In this document: positions 50,380 through 63,505 of the stretch, piece after piece
Numbering within the stretch: the first letter of the stretch is position 1
Layout: each line of letters begins with the position of its first letter
Assembly: GCA_003693705.1 (NCBI GenBank)
Contig: RBZT01000667.1
Coordinates: 1-64,000, forward strand
DNA from: Polymyxa betae A26-41
Lineage: Eukaryota; Protista; Endomyxa: Phytomyxea
Reading direction: 5' to 3'
Length of the DNA: 64,000 bases
Notes under the pieces: model-generated
The model's input: only the letters and a program-made list of their open reading frames with translations
What the model was told of the DNA's origin: nothing
The model's database searches: none
Program-made: the position numbers and the translations under genes

Positions 50380-53107
50380 TCACTGAAGAGGTAAATCGGC
50401 AAGCGCGGTCACTATCCTTTTCTCCTTCAAGCCCTTTAATCTTGATTGTGTAAAAAGTGACTGCACATTCCGGAAATGTTCCAGGCACTCTGAAACCATT
50501 TTCGGTTCCATGACGCTCTCAACAGCCAATGGATTAATCTTCGACCTAGGACTGACTTGCAACATTCCAACCGAGGAAACCGTTTGTAGGCTGCATTGCG
50601 AAATAAGCATTGCCCTCATGATGCTTCCATGATTCTTACCGTGTAGAAAGCGATTTAAATGACGCTCCCTGTGAAGGTAAAACCATGAGAATTCCATGTA
50701 AAGCACGGATTAAAGAAGGAAAGCTCTGGGGATCCAAAAGTTGAAGGCGGAGGCGTATGAATACTGGACTCTCGATCAACATTATGAGCCGGTCGATCTC
50801 AATCAGGAATCCGACAGTCACCTGGGAATCGGCACTGCGATAGAAAGTGTTGATTGAATAATTGCAGATTCAAAACCAAAGGTCTTACAAACAGCAAACA
50901 ACTGCATTTGCTAGATCATATGCTTGGGACAGAAGGCAAAGACTGAGTGTTGCCACAGGGTTGTAAACCCAAGCTTGGAGCAATGTTTTGAGCAGATCAA
51001 CCCCATCTTTTGATTGCAGACAGTTCTGAACCTCGCGTCGAAATTCATACAGACTCGGTGAGGTAAGCAAAAGGTCGCTCAAGATCTGGATTACTGTGCT
51101 TAGAGACTCTAATAATTGCAAATGAACGAGAAGCAAGAGTCGTACTAATGGCAAATACCAAGTTGGTAATCTTGAGACGATGGGAATAAACGGGATATGG
51201 CACAAAAAACAACTCGTGGAGTTAGTAATGCACACAATTCTCGAACAATCAAACTGCTTCTTGATTTCAACAGTAGGGAATCAACACAAAGCGCTCTCAA
51301 TAAATGAGAGAAAAAAGAATCGAAGTAAGCGGGATTCCGAGAGATTTCGGCAAGAAGGGTAAGATCAACCTAGAAGCAACTGAATTAAACGAAGAGATGA
51401 AATTAGCTGTTACCTGAACAACGTGATCAGAAGGATCTGATAATGTTTGAATAAGTGCAGGAAATAGTTGATCAATGGCTTTAAATAATTCGTCTGGATG
51501 CTTTTCCAGAACCATTTGTATCCAATCCAAAACTGCAGACAGAAACTGAACATCTAGATTGCATTGATTACTAGATTGCTTACTGGGAAGCTTTGTGCAT
51601 GCCCTGTTCAGGTTCAGATTATCAGTCAACTGGTGAAGAAGACCTTCTAACGCTGAGAGTGGCTCATTGGAGCTTCCAACCTGCAATCAGTTAAGTGAAT
51701 ATTTGTAACAGTTTAGAGACAACTAGCCTGATGCATCATGGATTTGCTAATGGACTCAGCTTGAGATCGAATATTGTCATGGTCAGTTTCGCTCATGCAG
51801 GTCAACAAGCCATTAATGAGAACTGGATAACGAGGTAGTAGTCTACCCTTAAAAAGGACCACGAACGATTCAAGCCATTTCAATGCCATCAGTTTGCATA
51901 CAGCAGGGCAAGATCCTGAACTTTGTTGAACTAAAACAGGGATCTAACAATTCATTAATATTGGGGCAACCAGAGGCAACAAACTACCATGTCTTCAATG
52001 GTATCAGGCTGAGTCGATGTGATTTCATTCAAAAACTCTGACAGACATTCGTCAGCGGCTGTGACAATAGAAGGGTTTGGATCCGCCAGCATATTGAACA
52101 AACCGGACAGAATTCCAGGAAGAAATCGTAATAAATCGATATCAGGTACTGAGTCAAGAACCTGAAAAGCATTGAACAAAGGTATTGTAGTGTTAAGAAT
52201 ATTCAACCTGAATCCAGCCAACATTCAATTCTCTTATGGCACTATCTTTGATCAAAATGCGTTCTTGCAGTAATGGCATGAAGTTTGCGATGTTGAATCT
52301 AGTCGCTGGACTTAGCATTTCGCTCAAAGCAACAGTCAGTTATCATTACTGGTCTGATTCTGTAACTACGTCTTTCATGAGCCTATCCAGCAGCGATGCA
52401 GCATTGCGAACGTCAGGATCTGGGTCTGCATGCAATGTGCATAAACCATCATAGATGGCATTGAAATGCTTCAGGACATGGCTTCGGCCGATCTTCGTGA
52501 TGTTGTATAGAGACTCGCAAGCGTAATATCGGCATCTGCTCTCCTGGTCTTGCATCAGCAAAAGAACTGGCGGAAGCAAGCCTAAATTTTTTGAAAAAGG
52601 AAGTCAACAACAACATGTGCGATTTACTGTCAAGATATTGGTTGCAAGACTGGCCTAAACCGATTGCAACAGCTATAAGACCGTTAGAGCAAATCTGAAA
52701 ACAGAAAAAAAATGTACCAGCCAGGGCTATTAATCCTCCCTTGCGACAGTTCGATTGGGTGCTTGCAATGAAATCAGAATTCAGCATGGCGACTAATTGG
52801 GTTAGTCAATAGATTGCCTAACAACATTCATATAAAGTTACTGATAGAATTCACATTAGCAGGTGATGGATCCTGTTTGACTAGATGCTCGACATCCAAA
52901 GCGGCAGTTTTCCTTTTCTCATACGATCTATCGCTGAGACCCTTAATCACAGAAGCTGGCACCAGGTTGCTGACGCTCCTGAGCTGGAATTAAGCTTGCC
53001 ATACCGAATCTGCTAATATCTGACATTGCCGGAGAAGGAGACGGGCTCTTCGAAGCTGAGTTCGTCGGGAGCACCAAGGCCGCGGCCGACCAGACTGCTT
53101 CTGACAT
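50380..53107 (-). CDS. VAC14: VAC14 scaffold of the PIKfyve/Fab1 complex, multi-exon
   Basis: [65 protein letters not shown]. Confidence 0.95.
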
Positions 53108-53572
53108 GATTCAAACTAAGTTTCAGCACTTGATTGTGACGATATGTAGTACGTATCGTAGCTGCCCCGTTCCGATTTCCGTATCTTAAATTAGCTTTTT
53201 TCAACTCATTTTAGTTTACCCTTCTTATAAGATGGCATTGAGCTTGGCTTAACGAAAACTGTTTTTTCTACAAACATTTCAAAGAATGCGATGGTATGCC
53301 TTAGGTGGCTGTTTATTTGTGTCAAATACATACAATGGTCGCACCGCGTTCAAAAAATACAGATGCTCTTGTCGTTCCAAGTTATTATGAAATGTCCACG
53401 AATCGACACTTTCTAACTCAGAATTGTATGGTCTTGGATTTCAGCACCATCAGAATATATGGTAAATATTGAGACCTTCACCGACGCCATAAACAACTGG
53501 ACACCCGGGACCCTTCATAATTGGACGTGTTGCAAAGGAATATTTTACTACTTAAGTATTTGAACAAGCTCG

Positions 53573-54037
53573 ATGCCAATGGACGGGAGACTGTTATGCT
53601 TGCTGATCTTCGCCAGGCTGGCCACTTGGTCAAATGGGCAGGTCATCACAGATAACACGAAAATGGGTGTTCGCTTAAATATCGATATGAACGTTCAAGC
53701 ACATTTAAGAGCTCTACAGCAGCAGATTGCTAACATTGGAATGAGTACATTCAAATCAAGCTGGCTAGGGGATGCCGGCTTTGCCCGTCAAGCAGATTTG
53801 TTGGGATCTTCCGAAGCAGGATTAGATGCCTCAGTCAGCGACTCTTTCAGAGGCGAAGCAGTGCTCAACCATCAGGGCGCTGCTATGGCTCTCCCTGGTG
53901 CCACGCTTATAGACACAAGAAACACAGGAGGATTATATCAGAAGCGCTCCCAGAACTCGGATATCAATCGATGGCTGAAATCAGGGCTTCGTTCTACGAC
54001 CAATGGGAAAATGGCCAATTCATTATATATGTCATAA
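53573..54037 (+). CDS. Small intronless predicted secreted protein (154 aa), effector candidate
   Basis: N-terminal MDGRLLCLLIFARLATWSNG-Q resembles a signal peptide. No TM helix or known domain follows. Confidence 0.55.
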   Translation: MPMDGRLLCLLIFARLATWSNGQVITDNTKMGVRLNIDMNVQAHLRALQQQIANIGMSTFKSSWLGDAGFARQADLLGSSEAGLDASVSDSFRGEAVLNHQGAAMALPGATLIDTRNTGGLYQKRSQNSDINRWLKSGLRSTTNGKMANSLYMS

Positions 54038-54158
54038 AAGACCGCTTTATTAAAACTGAAATTTATATAACAAGCAGCTGCTATCTACCGCTATAGTAAG
54101 GTGGTCGTCTCCATCTGACACGCGGACTACCCATAGAAACTTTATCACATCCGTCATC

Positions 54159-54481
54159 ATGTTTGCCATTGCTAGACGTTTCATAGCTCATTGCACATCG
54201 CAAGCAACAGCCGTCTCTGCTGCCTTTTTCGCAACCACTACGAAACTGAAGACCCATAAGGGAGTTGCCAAGCGGGTTAAGCTAACCAAAAACGGCAAAG
54301 TTAAATGGTATTTTACCTCTGTATTATGAATGAAATTTGCAATTAATTGGGTCCCAGCGGACACATAGGACGCCGACATCGGGCACAGTCTAATTCAGGA
54401 GATAAGACGCGAGCCATGCGCCGGCCTAGGTTCATTCTTGGAGCTGAGGCTACCACCCTGACCAAGATGCTGAGAAGCTAA
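54159..54481 (+). CDS. MRPL35: Mitochondrial ribosomal protein bL35 (two exons; not in ORF track)
   Basis: Presequence-like MFAIARRFIAH..., then KLKTHKGVAKRVKLTKNGKVK, an intron at about 54309-54358, and GHIGRRH...RAMRRPRFI...KMLRS*. Confidence 0.9.
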
Positions 54482-54617
54482 GTTATGCCTCATTATAAAC
54501 AAGACCAGTTGCGCAAACCTTTTGCTTTAATAACGGCGGCAAGCCGAACAGCATGCGAAAGAAGTTATATTTATTCAAGAACAGTTTCCAGATTGCAAAC
54601 CACGCTGCAACTAAAAT

Positions 54618-56390
54618 TCAGTGATTGTCAAAAAGGGGTTCAGCATCAACACCTGCTAATATCAGCACCACATACAGCAATACGATGAAGGCTATTAAGC
54701 CAAAATTTAGAATAGTTGCTGTCAAGGAGGGAGGGATCGAATCAGCCATGTGTATTTCCATATGATTTTCATTGGTAACAGCAGCCGAGCAATTAATATA
54801 GAAAGTCGCGTAGCTGTCCGTACATATGTGATGTGCATCAGTTTTGGCTGTTGCCACATGTTTCTCCCCGTAATGGCGTAATCCCGAAATCTCTATCAAA
54901 GAATACAAGATTCTACATCCGTTCTTATATAAAAGCTGGCAAGCCACGAAGTCGTTTGCTCTTAACTGATAAAAACACCCAGAAGTATATGGACCAAAAC
55001 CCGGTCCCCTGCCATTTTGGGACCGAGCTTTTATAAATTCCAATGTGTAAAAATTTTTTAAAATTCCGGCCATTTGTGAGCCACAATGTGGCTGGAGGAG
55101 GGAGTGCTGATGTTTGAGTCGTAAGTGTCTGGATAGATTGCTTTGCTATCTGAATTATCGCTTGCACACTTCGCAGGCGAACGGTTTCTCGCCGGTATGT
55201 ACTCTCTTGAGCTGTGTCAGATTGGCAAGCGACCTGAATTGACGTTTGCACACATCGCAGGCGAACGGTTTCTGGACGATAGATGTTCTTTGTGCTCTGT
55301 TAGCATGCCTTTCTGCCTTTGGCGTTGACTCCATTCGGAGCATGTATAGGCGCCGGACACATAGCAAGGAGCCAGTCCTTTATTTCAATGACGTGCCAGT
55401 TTGATGTATGAAAAACGTTTACTGCCATTTGCGATCACCGATGTTTTTTTTCGCCCATATCAATGTCGGCATGTTCAGCAATTCTTCTTTGCAGCTGAAA
55501 GTCTTTCAGGCGTCCAGAAATTGGTTAAAGAATGGCGGTCATTCATTCGACATCGTTGCCAGGGATCACGTTTCTGTAACAGAGTTCATGGAACGATGTC
55601 TTTTGAAGATGCCGAGTGTGAGTTTGGCGTAATCACCAGTTTGATCCTGGTGATTGCACAACGGTTGCCGAATCCCGCCATGTGGCTGAGCATGCCTTAG
55701 ATCCGGCGCCCTCGGGAATACTTGTAGAAAAAATTGCTCCAATAAACGAATCGGCGCCAGCTGTCCCCTCTGTTACAATCCCCATCGACCGCGCTTCGTC
55801 GTTTGTCATAAGGCCAGTAGAACAGCGCACCACAGCTTCAGCCATCGCGTCATCGTATTCATTGATTAGATCGCGCGTTGGTTTTGCTTCCCGTTGGAGG
55901 AGCAAAAGAAGCATGAACTGATCGTCACTTGTATGGCATCGTTATAGGGCAATGGCTTGCCATCCTTAAAGATTGTTCGGTTGCATCTGAAATGGATAAG
56001 CCGAAATTCTGAACTGAATGCAAGCTCGACTCCACAATAATGGCAGACGAATGGACCGTTTCGAAGCCGGCTGAAACATTTAGAGCGCTCTTCAATGCGT
56101 CTTGTTTTAAAGCTATTGCTCGAAGCGACGCCTGCTAAAGCAACTTTAATTAGGAAAGCAGTCGTCCATGATTCGGTCGTTTTGGTCGTGCTTCTGACGT
56201 TATTGGCAATTTGTTCAACCATAGTTTGGGATGTCCGATATGCAATTGCTTCGTCCCGTAAAGGTATCTCCCGGTGGACAAGGGCTTGGCCCCACTCATC
56301 TGTTAGTTCAGAAATCTAGGCTGCAAGATCGAGTATAAGCGAGACAAGGATTGCAAGCAATAGATGTTTGGAAGATGACGATCCCTCCAT
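54618..56390 (-). pseudogene. Decayed gene: signal peptide, HNH-like Zn motif, tandem C2H2 fingers, C-terminal TM helix
   Basis: ATG 56390 MEGSSSSKHLLLAILVSLILDLAA* is in frame with ORF 55866-56222 (CHYCG...CFFC). [12 protein letters not shown]...[24 protein letters not shown] is in frame with ORF 54618-55073, which ends in a TM helix. About 7 stops and 2 frameshifts. Confidence 0.7.
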
Positions 56391-57235
56391 GACTAAGGAT
56401 AGCGTTACATCCCCTGAGTCATGGAATGCGACCCGATGGGGCCATCAACCGCCCCAGTTCGCGCTACATTCTTTCAAATGGCCGCTGTTCTGCTTATAGA
56501 CATGGGCTTCTGGGTATCTCAAGTTACCTACGTCAACAAAGCTATGCCAATACTCACTGCAACAAATTCGGCATTATCTTTTATGATCTGCGGCTATCTC
56601 TGGCCCGTCTTCATGGCATCGAGCCCGATTCTGATGACGTAGGTTTCAAAAGCAAATGCCAACTTGCTGAGCAACTGCATCGATTACAGGTGCTTTGTCT
56701 GTATGTTCACAGGGCTGTTATTCTTTTGATAATCTTTCCGCAGATCACTACGTTTCCTGATACCATAGCTACTGTTATGACAACGAAACTATGGGATGAG
56801 GTTGATGTCGCGGTCGCAGAATGGAACAAGATGTAGACGACAATATGATGGTCTGCTGTGGTTCAGGGTTCATAATAAAGCCTCATTTTACATATTAATC
56901 AATGCTTCGCCAAATCATGCACGTCCCATCATTAATGTATTGTTCAAAATTATGATCAGTTTCTACATAATCAGCAACAGTAATTGGGCATTTGACTCGT
57001 TGAGTCCCAAATCCAACCAATATATCAATTACAGATATAGGTAAACAGCTCAATGATGAGCTGCAGCAGGCCTGCTCGACTTTGATGCCGTACTCGACCA
57101 TGCTGCAAAGACTGTGCGGGAGCTCAAGGTCGTTTGTTATGCTGAATTTTAACACGTGATGCAGGATAGAAAGTCGTGAGAAGATCTTGGAAAAACATCA
57201 GATGAAAGACAGAAACATGATAATGATCTAATCTA
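56389..57235 (+). CDS. Hypothetical short multi-exon protein
   Basis: Protein-like segments bounded by GT..AG (ITTFPDTIATVMTTKLWDEVDVAVAEWNK; IGKQLNDELQQACSTLM). Structure uncertain. Confidence 0.3.
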
Positions 57236-57565
57236 GCGACAGACACGAATTTGGGCTCGTGTTTGGCAACAATCAAGAATTTAAGAAACACAAACATTTC
57301 TTTTCGACTGCATTATGCATATTTTGGCTGCGTTTCAGCAAAGCTTGCCGGATTGAAGAAATCATCGCGTCTGTATCGCGTTTATGGGTTAACGAGATCT
57401 CTTGATAGGTTTAATAACTGCCTTCCTCAGTTTATGAGAAAGACAAAGAAGTCGATAATACAATGTCGTGGGGGACGCCGTTCCGCACTGCAAAACTGAA
57501 ACTAATTTAGCCTTTCTGCTTTGTGCGGCCGATATCGGTCTGATGACCGAATCCATTTCTTTTAA

Positions 57566-60500
57566 ATGATTGAACACCAGGAAATCCACCATGGAGCAGA
57601 GACCCAGCGAAACTGCCCAGATTGCCAGGAAAAATTACGAAAATCAGCGCCGCTGGATTCCTGCAGCTTGTTTTCAGTACTGATAATGAGATTTATGTCG
57701 CCATTGATGTCCTTGGGTTATAAAAACCCACTTACAATGGATGACATTCCCCTGCTTCCGACAGAAGACGATCTTGCTAATGCTCGTGACCGTTTTCTTC
57801 GCAATTTAGCGGTTCGTATTGTGACTTTGAAAAGATGAAGTTTATGTTTTTACAGGCGGCTCGCGCTAAGGGAGACGAATCCACTGTGTTCTGCTTAATC
57901 AAAACTTTTTGGCCCCGATGGCTCCGAGCTGCAATTGTACTCTTTTTTTCTGGTTTTGCAAGCTTGGCGAATCCTTTCATCATCACAGACTTTGTCAGAA
58001 GTATAAAAGAGAACTGCCACAACCTGACGCACGGCTTGCTAGACGCCTTAGGTCTTTTTCTCGCCGGCACTGTTTCATCGCTATTAGTGGTAAATCGCGT
58101 CTTATGCTTTGTTGTACCATGTTAACATTATCAGAATAATGCATATTACAACAATGTTCGCGTTGCTGGGGTGGTTCGCGAAGCTTTGATGGCAGCAATC
58201 TACAGTAAAAGTCTCCTACTAAGCTCATCAGCTAAAACTCCCACAACGACTGGGGAGACTGTTAACTTGATGGTAATGTGACATTCCTAGTTTGTTTGAT
58301 TTCAGTGCTTATTATCATAGTCGGCTGATACACAGCGTGTCTATGAATCCGTCCTGTATGTTCATTACATATGGCTGTCGCCTCTGATTGTCATCACCGG
58401 TCGGCGCTGGAGATTTCAAACCCCAGGTGTCGCTGATACGTGGTTGCAGTATGCGGAGTGCTGGTGTATGAAGTCGGCTTAGCAGCGCTGTATGGAATTG
58501 TTGTTTTGCTGGCACTTGTTCCTCTGCAATGGCTTGGAACTGTATTAGCTACCCGGTATCGACGAGCTATGCTTCGTCATACTGATCACAGGATTATGTT
58601 CACTTCCGAAATGCTGACTGGAATTCGGATAATCAAACAGTTCGTTTTTCGTCTGATGATCTTTTGGAAGCTTAAAATTGGAACAGATATGCTTGGGAGA
58701 AACCAGTTAGTGAAAAGGTGTCTCAAATTCGGGGTTGGTCGTTTTCTGTTGTCGCTGCAGATTATTGATTCTCGATCCTTAGCTCAAGAGATTGCTGATC
58801 TGTGGAAATTGCTGATTGTTAACAATATCTCGGTTGCCCTGTTCAACGTAAGTGATGTATTATCTGTACCGGTAGTAATTGAATGTAACAAGGTCTGGCC
58901 GGGAATTGTTACTGCTGTAATCTTTATTGGTTATGTTCTTGAGGGTCATACTCTGACGCCGTCTATTGTATCAATCCTGCAATTTTACTGGCATCAAACT
59001 GAAATTTTGTATTGTTTGCAGGTTTTTATGATTATGGCGTTACTAGTGGCAATAAGGTTTCCTATAAGCATGATACAGAAAGCCTTTCAGGTCGGCACTG
59101 ATGCCCTTGTGTCATTGCGAAGGTTTGCTGATGGCCTGATCGTCAACATTTTTTGTAAGAGTCAGTTCCTCAGAATTGGTGTATTTCTGGCTCTTCCAGA
59201 GATGGATTATACTGGTCGTACCACAGATACCGATGCGCCTGGGACGATTATCATTCGTAATGCTTCATTCAGGTATATGCGTGCATTTTCCGGTCCAAGA
59301 TAATGACATTGTTAGCTACGATCCATCGTCTCAGGCTCCTGTTCTACGAAATATCAATTTAAATGTCCAGCCTGGCACCTCTGTTGCAGTGATTGGCCCT
59401 GTTGCCTCGGGAAAATCTTCTTTATTATCGGCCATTCTGGGTGAGATCCAAACTGTTAGCGGAAGCATATCAGTATCAGGATCCACCGCATATACCAGTC
59501 AACATCACTGGATCAGAAACAAGTATGGCATTATCTGAGTTTTACGATTATCAAACGCTAATGTGGTAGTGACTAGGACAGTACGAGAGAATATTATTTT
59601 TGGGAAGGAATTCGAAGAGAACAAATACAATGCAGTGTTGGCAGCGTCAGCATTAATCCAAGACCTCAATATCTTACCTGCTGGCGATTTGACCGAGATT
59701 GGAGAACAGGTCAAAAGCGTTGATTAAAATTGCACTGCAAATAACATTCTAACAGGGAATAAATCTGAGTGGTGGTCAGAAAGCACGAATCATGTTTGCT
59801 CGTGGTAATTTTTCCCTTGTGAAGCATTATGTCGATGCGATCTGAACGTACCTTTAGCGTGCTACGCTGATGCCGACATTGCTTTGCTTGATGATCCATT
59901 CTCTGCTGTTGATGTGAACACTGGTAACATTATGTTTCAGTATGGCATCAGAGGTACGTACGAGTTCAACCAGCATCTATTTCACTTTTCGGATCTTACC
60001 TAGGCCTTCTGTCTCGCACGACCCGTGTCATTACATTAAACTCTCATCTGCATTTTCTTAACAACGTTGATCTCATTGTCTATTTTAGACTGCCTGAAGG
60101 TTTGCTTAGCGCTGAGCTTCGTATTTTTTGTGTCTTCTTGAGTGATTCAGTTATCAGGTGAAGGAGACACTATTGTTGAAATATACGATTGCTATCAGAA
60201 CTTTACTGAATGTCATCCTAATTTTGAATTTGCTGAAGGCAAGCCCGCTGAAGAAGCGAACATAACGGTTGCAATGAAGCAGTCGATAGTAAAGGAAATC
60301 CTGGTTGAGAAGGAAATGGAACAGGTCTTCTTATCTCTGCAGCACAGCTCTCACTGCAACTGAAATGGATTCAGATAGGAACCGTTCGGCCCCGTGTTTA
60401 TCTGGACTATTTAAAGCAATGTTCAGTTTTTGGTGCTGTATTTTCTGGACTGATAATCCTCTTATCATTCCTGATTGGCCAGCTTATTCGTGTTGGCTCC

Positions 60501-62908
60501 GATTTAGTGTCTGGGTTCTGGTCGCAAATGCTGCATCCAGGTTAGCATTAGTTCAGTTCCCAACGCTTTTCCAGAATCGGTTTCTCTAGATCAGAATTGG
60601 TGGATTCTGCTTCAGAGCACAATAACGGCAGCGGCTCTTGTCACTTTTGTAATTCGTTCGTTTATTTTCAACAATATGACTGTTCGCGCTGGTCGGCTTT
60701 TACATGATACTCTGTTCGAGCGGATTGTGAGAGCACCTGTACCGATATTCTATGGTCAGCAGTCAAGAGCATTGGTGTGTTCTCTTTCCCCTAATGCGAA
60801 CAGATATCACTCCAATTGGGCGCGTTGTGAATCGGTTTAGCAAAGATATGGACCAAATTGATGTTTCAATTTCAGACTTTTTAGGTTCGTCGATTTAATC
60901 GCAAATTTTGCCAACATCATCTGATTATGTACTTGACAGGGCAGCTGTTATTATATGGGTTGACTTTAGGTCTGATATGATATTCGTGCACTCTACGTAC
61001 TCTAACGCTGGGACTCAGTGATTTCGGTTCTACTTAGTTGCTACGCACTCCCATGGTTCATCCTTCCGCTTGTGCCAATAATGGCTTTCTTTTATTGGAT
61101 CCAGCGATACTTCCGTTATAGCAGTAGGCAACTTAAGCGTATCGAAGGGACCTCACGCTCACCAATTTTCTCAAAATTTGAAGAAACGTTGACAGGTAAC
61201 TATGTTAGAATGTTAGAACTTTCTGGGCGGCAGTGTCATTGCTGTATACAGGTTTGGCCACGATTCGTGCCCATCGGAAACAGCTCGAATTTACCCATGA
61301 GGCTGAGCACACTATTGAACGAAATAGCCAGGCTCTACTGGCCAATGTAAAGTTGGCGATCTATTTGTGATAGAATGACAAACACATTCTAGCAACTAGC
61401 TGGAAGATGGTTGGCACTGCGACTTGACCTGGTTTCGAACTTGGTCATTGCTGGAGTTGCAGTTGCGATCGCATCGATTAGCTGCTCTGTTGATTTAGCA
61501 ATCGCCATTGTTGCTCTGGTTCAAGTGTGATCTTGCCGAAACCTTTCATTTTCAACGAACGTCATTGCCGACTTAGGTCACGCAACTAACAGGGATGCTG
61601 CAGTGGACTGTTCGTGTGTCGACTGAAGTTGAGAACAATGTTATTATGTATTTACAGTTAAAGTGGCTTCCTGATTTCTTCCAGATGACTGCAGTTGAGC
61701 GCGTTTTAGAATATACAGATGTGGCTCCAGAAGCCCCGTCAACGACACCAAACGACCCTGATGAATCTTGGCCGAACAAGGGAGAAATCGTACTTCGAAA
61801 TCTTGTATGGCAATTCTTCACTGTCTAGCTACTGCCTTTAATTTACCCGAACAGCGAGCTCGATATCGACCAGAATTACCTTTGGTTTTGAAAGGAATTA
61901 ACGCTCATATCAAGTCGATGGAAAAGGTTGGCATTTGTGGCCGAACTGGTATCATTTCTGAAATTGATCTGTGATATGCGATAATCTGTTTCTCAAGGAT
62001 CCGGAAAATCGTCCTTGCTGTTGTGCTTACTAAGAATGATTGAACGAGACCCTTCCGGGGGACCAATCATTATCGACGATGTTCCTACCGATACTATTGG
62101 ATTACATTGTTTGCGATCGCGGATCAGTGTTATCCCTCAAGACGCTGTGCTATTTTCTGGTACGATTAGACAAAATCTTGATGTCTGTAAAGGTTGCTCT
62201 ATTTTTTGTGTTCTTTACTGATATGTATAGCCGTTTAATGAGCGAACTGATGAAGAAATAACCGAATCGTTGCGACATGTATATTTCATTTCAGATCGAA
62301 GCAGTGTGTCATTAGATGATATGGTTGCTGAAAGAGGCTCAAATTTTAGCTTCGGGCAACGTCAGTTGATTGTCAGCCACGTTAACTTCTTGGTAGTCGA
62401 TATATTTTACTAATATGCATTGTAGTGCATCGCCAGGGCATTTTTACGACGCTCGAAGATTATTATCTGCGATGGTAATAATAGTGTAATTGCTGCAGCT
62501 TAATTTACATTATTTTTTAGAGGCTACATCGGGAATTGATTCCAAGACGGATGAATTGATTCAAGCAGCAATACGATCACTGTTCAGTAAGTCAATCGTA
62601 CTCAGACTGCAAAGAAATCAAAATGGATTCAAAGAGAGACAAACCGTAATCACAGTTGCTCATCGTCTTGAAACAATTGCGGATTCTGACCGAATTATGG
62701 TTATTCGGGAAGGCATTGTTGAAGAATTTGATACACCACAGAATCTCATTGGTATTCGTAACTATTTGTGCAAACATAACGACTATAACCGCTTACAGAC
62801 AATCCTAATGGATACTTCCGACAGATGGTGGAAAGTGTGGGAGAATCTGCAGTTGAGCGGTTCAAGGCCATCACCAAAAAGAATATATTTACTAATCATG
62901 CTGATTAA
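57566..62908 (+). CDS. ABCC/MRP-type full ABC transporter, highly intron-rich
   Basis: Walker [59 protein letters not shown]|[23 protein letters not shown]. Confidence 0.95.
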
Positions 62909-63505
62909 AAATGTACAATCTCGTGCATTACTTGATAGCGATGCAGAACGGCTTTGAAAAAATTTCGTCTTTTCCGAATTTGTTCCAAGAATATTGCTCT
63001 AACAGGATTATAAGCAATCTGAAGCGTTACTCGCATCTTCTAGTAACGGGTATCAACATTCGAATATTCAGCCTTTAAGCGTTTTGAACCCGTTTGATTG
63101 CCATGGAGATAATTTAGCAGGCAACGAAACTGATTCTACAGCCCAGTAGATTAAAACTCATTTATCAATAATTGCAAACTAAGTAAACACATTCTTAATC
63201 CTGTGAATGCGTATAATAGCCCAATGCTCATACCACAGACGCTTTTGATGTCTCTGTACGATGGCTAGTCGTCTAATGGAGGCTAACGTACAGTATATCG
63301 CGTGCAGAATTAAATAGCTGTACTTGTTAATAAATTAAAACTGTTCCATCAGTGGGCTGCGCCATACAAAGTTGACCCCCTGTCCTTACAAAGTTCATCC
63401 TGCGCAGCCCCTCTTTGGTACACTGGCGGGTGTTCCGTATGCCGTGGCGGTGTGTTCCAGGTCGTGCCGGGACCTTCGTGGTACGAACGCGCCAAATTTC
63501 AAACG

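Noticed and set aside
54618-56390. Stop-codon readthrough or A-to-I editing rescuing the broken gene
   Set aside because: All three stop types occur, at least one at a Gln position rather than Trp, and two frameshifts are also present.
63255-63300. CAGTATATC near a 6-bp inverted repeat as a CRESS origin nonanucleotide
   Set aside because: It does not match NANTATTAC, is not in a hairpin loop and lies in AT-rich host-like sequence.
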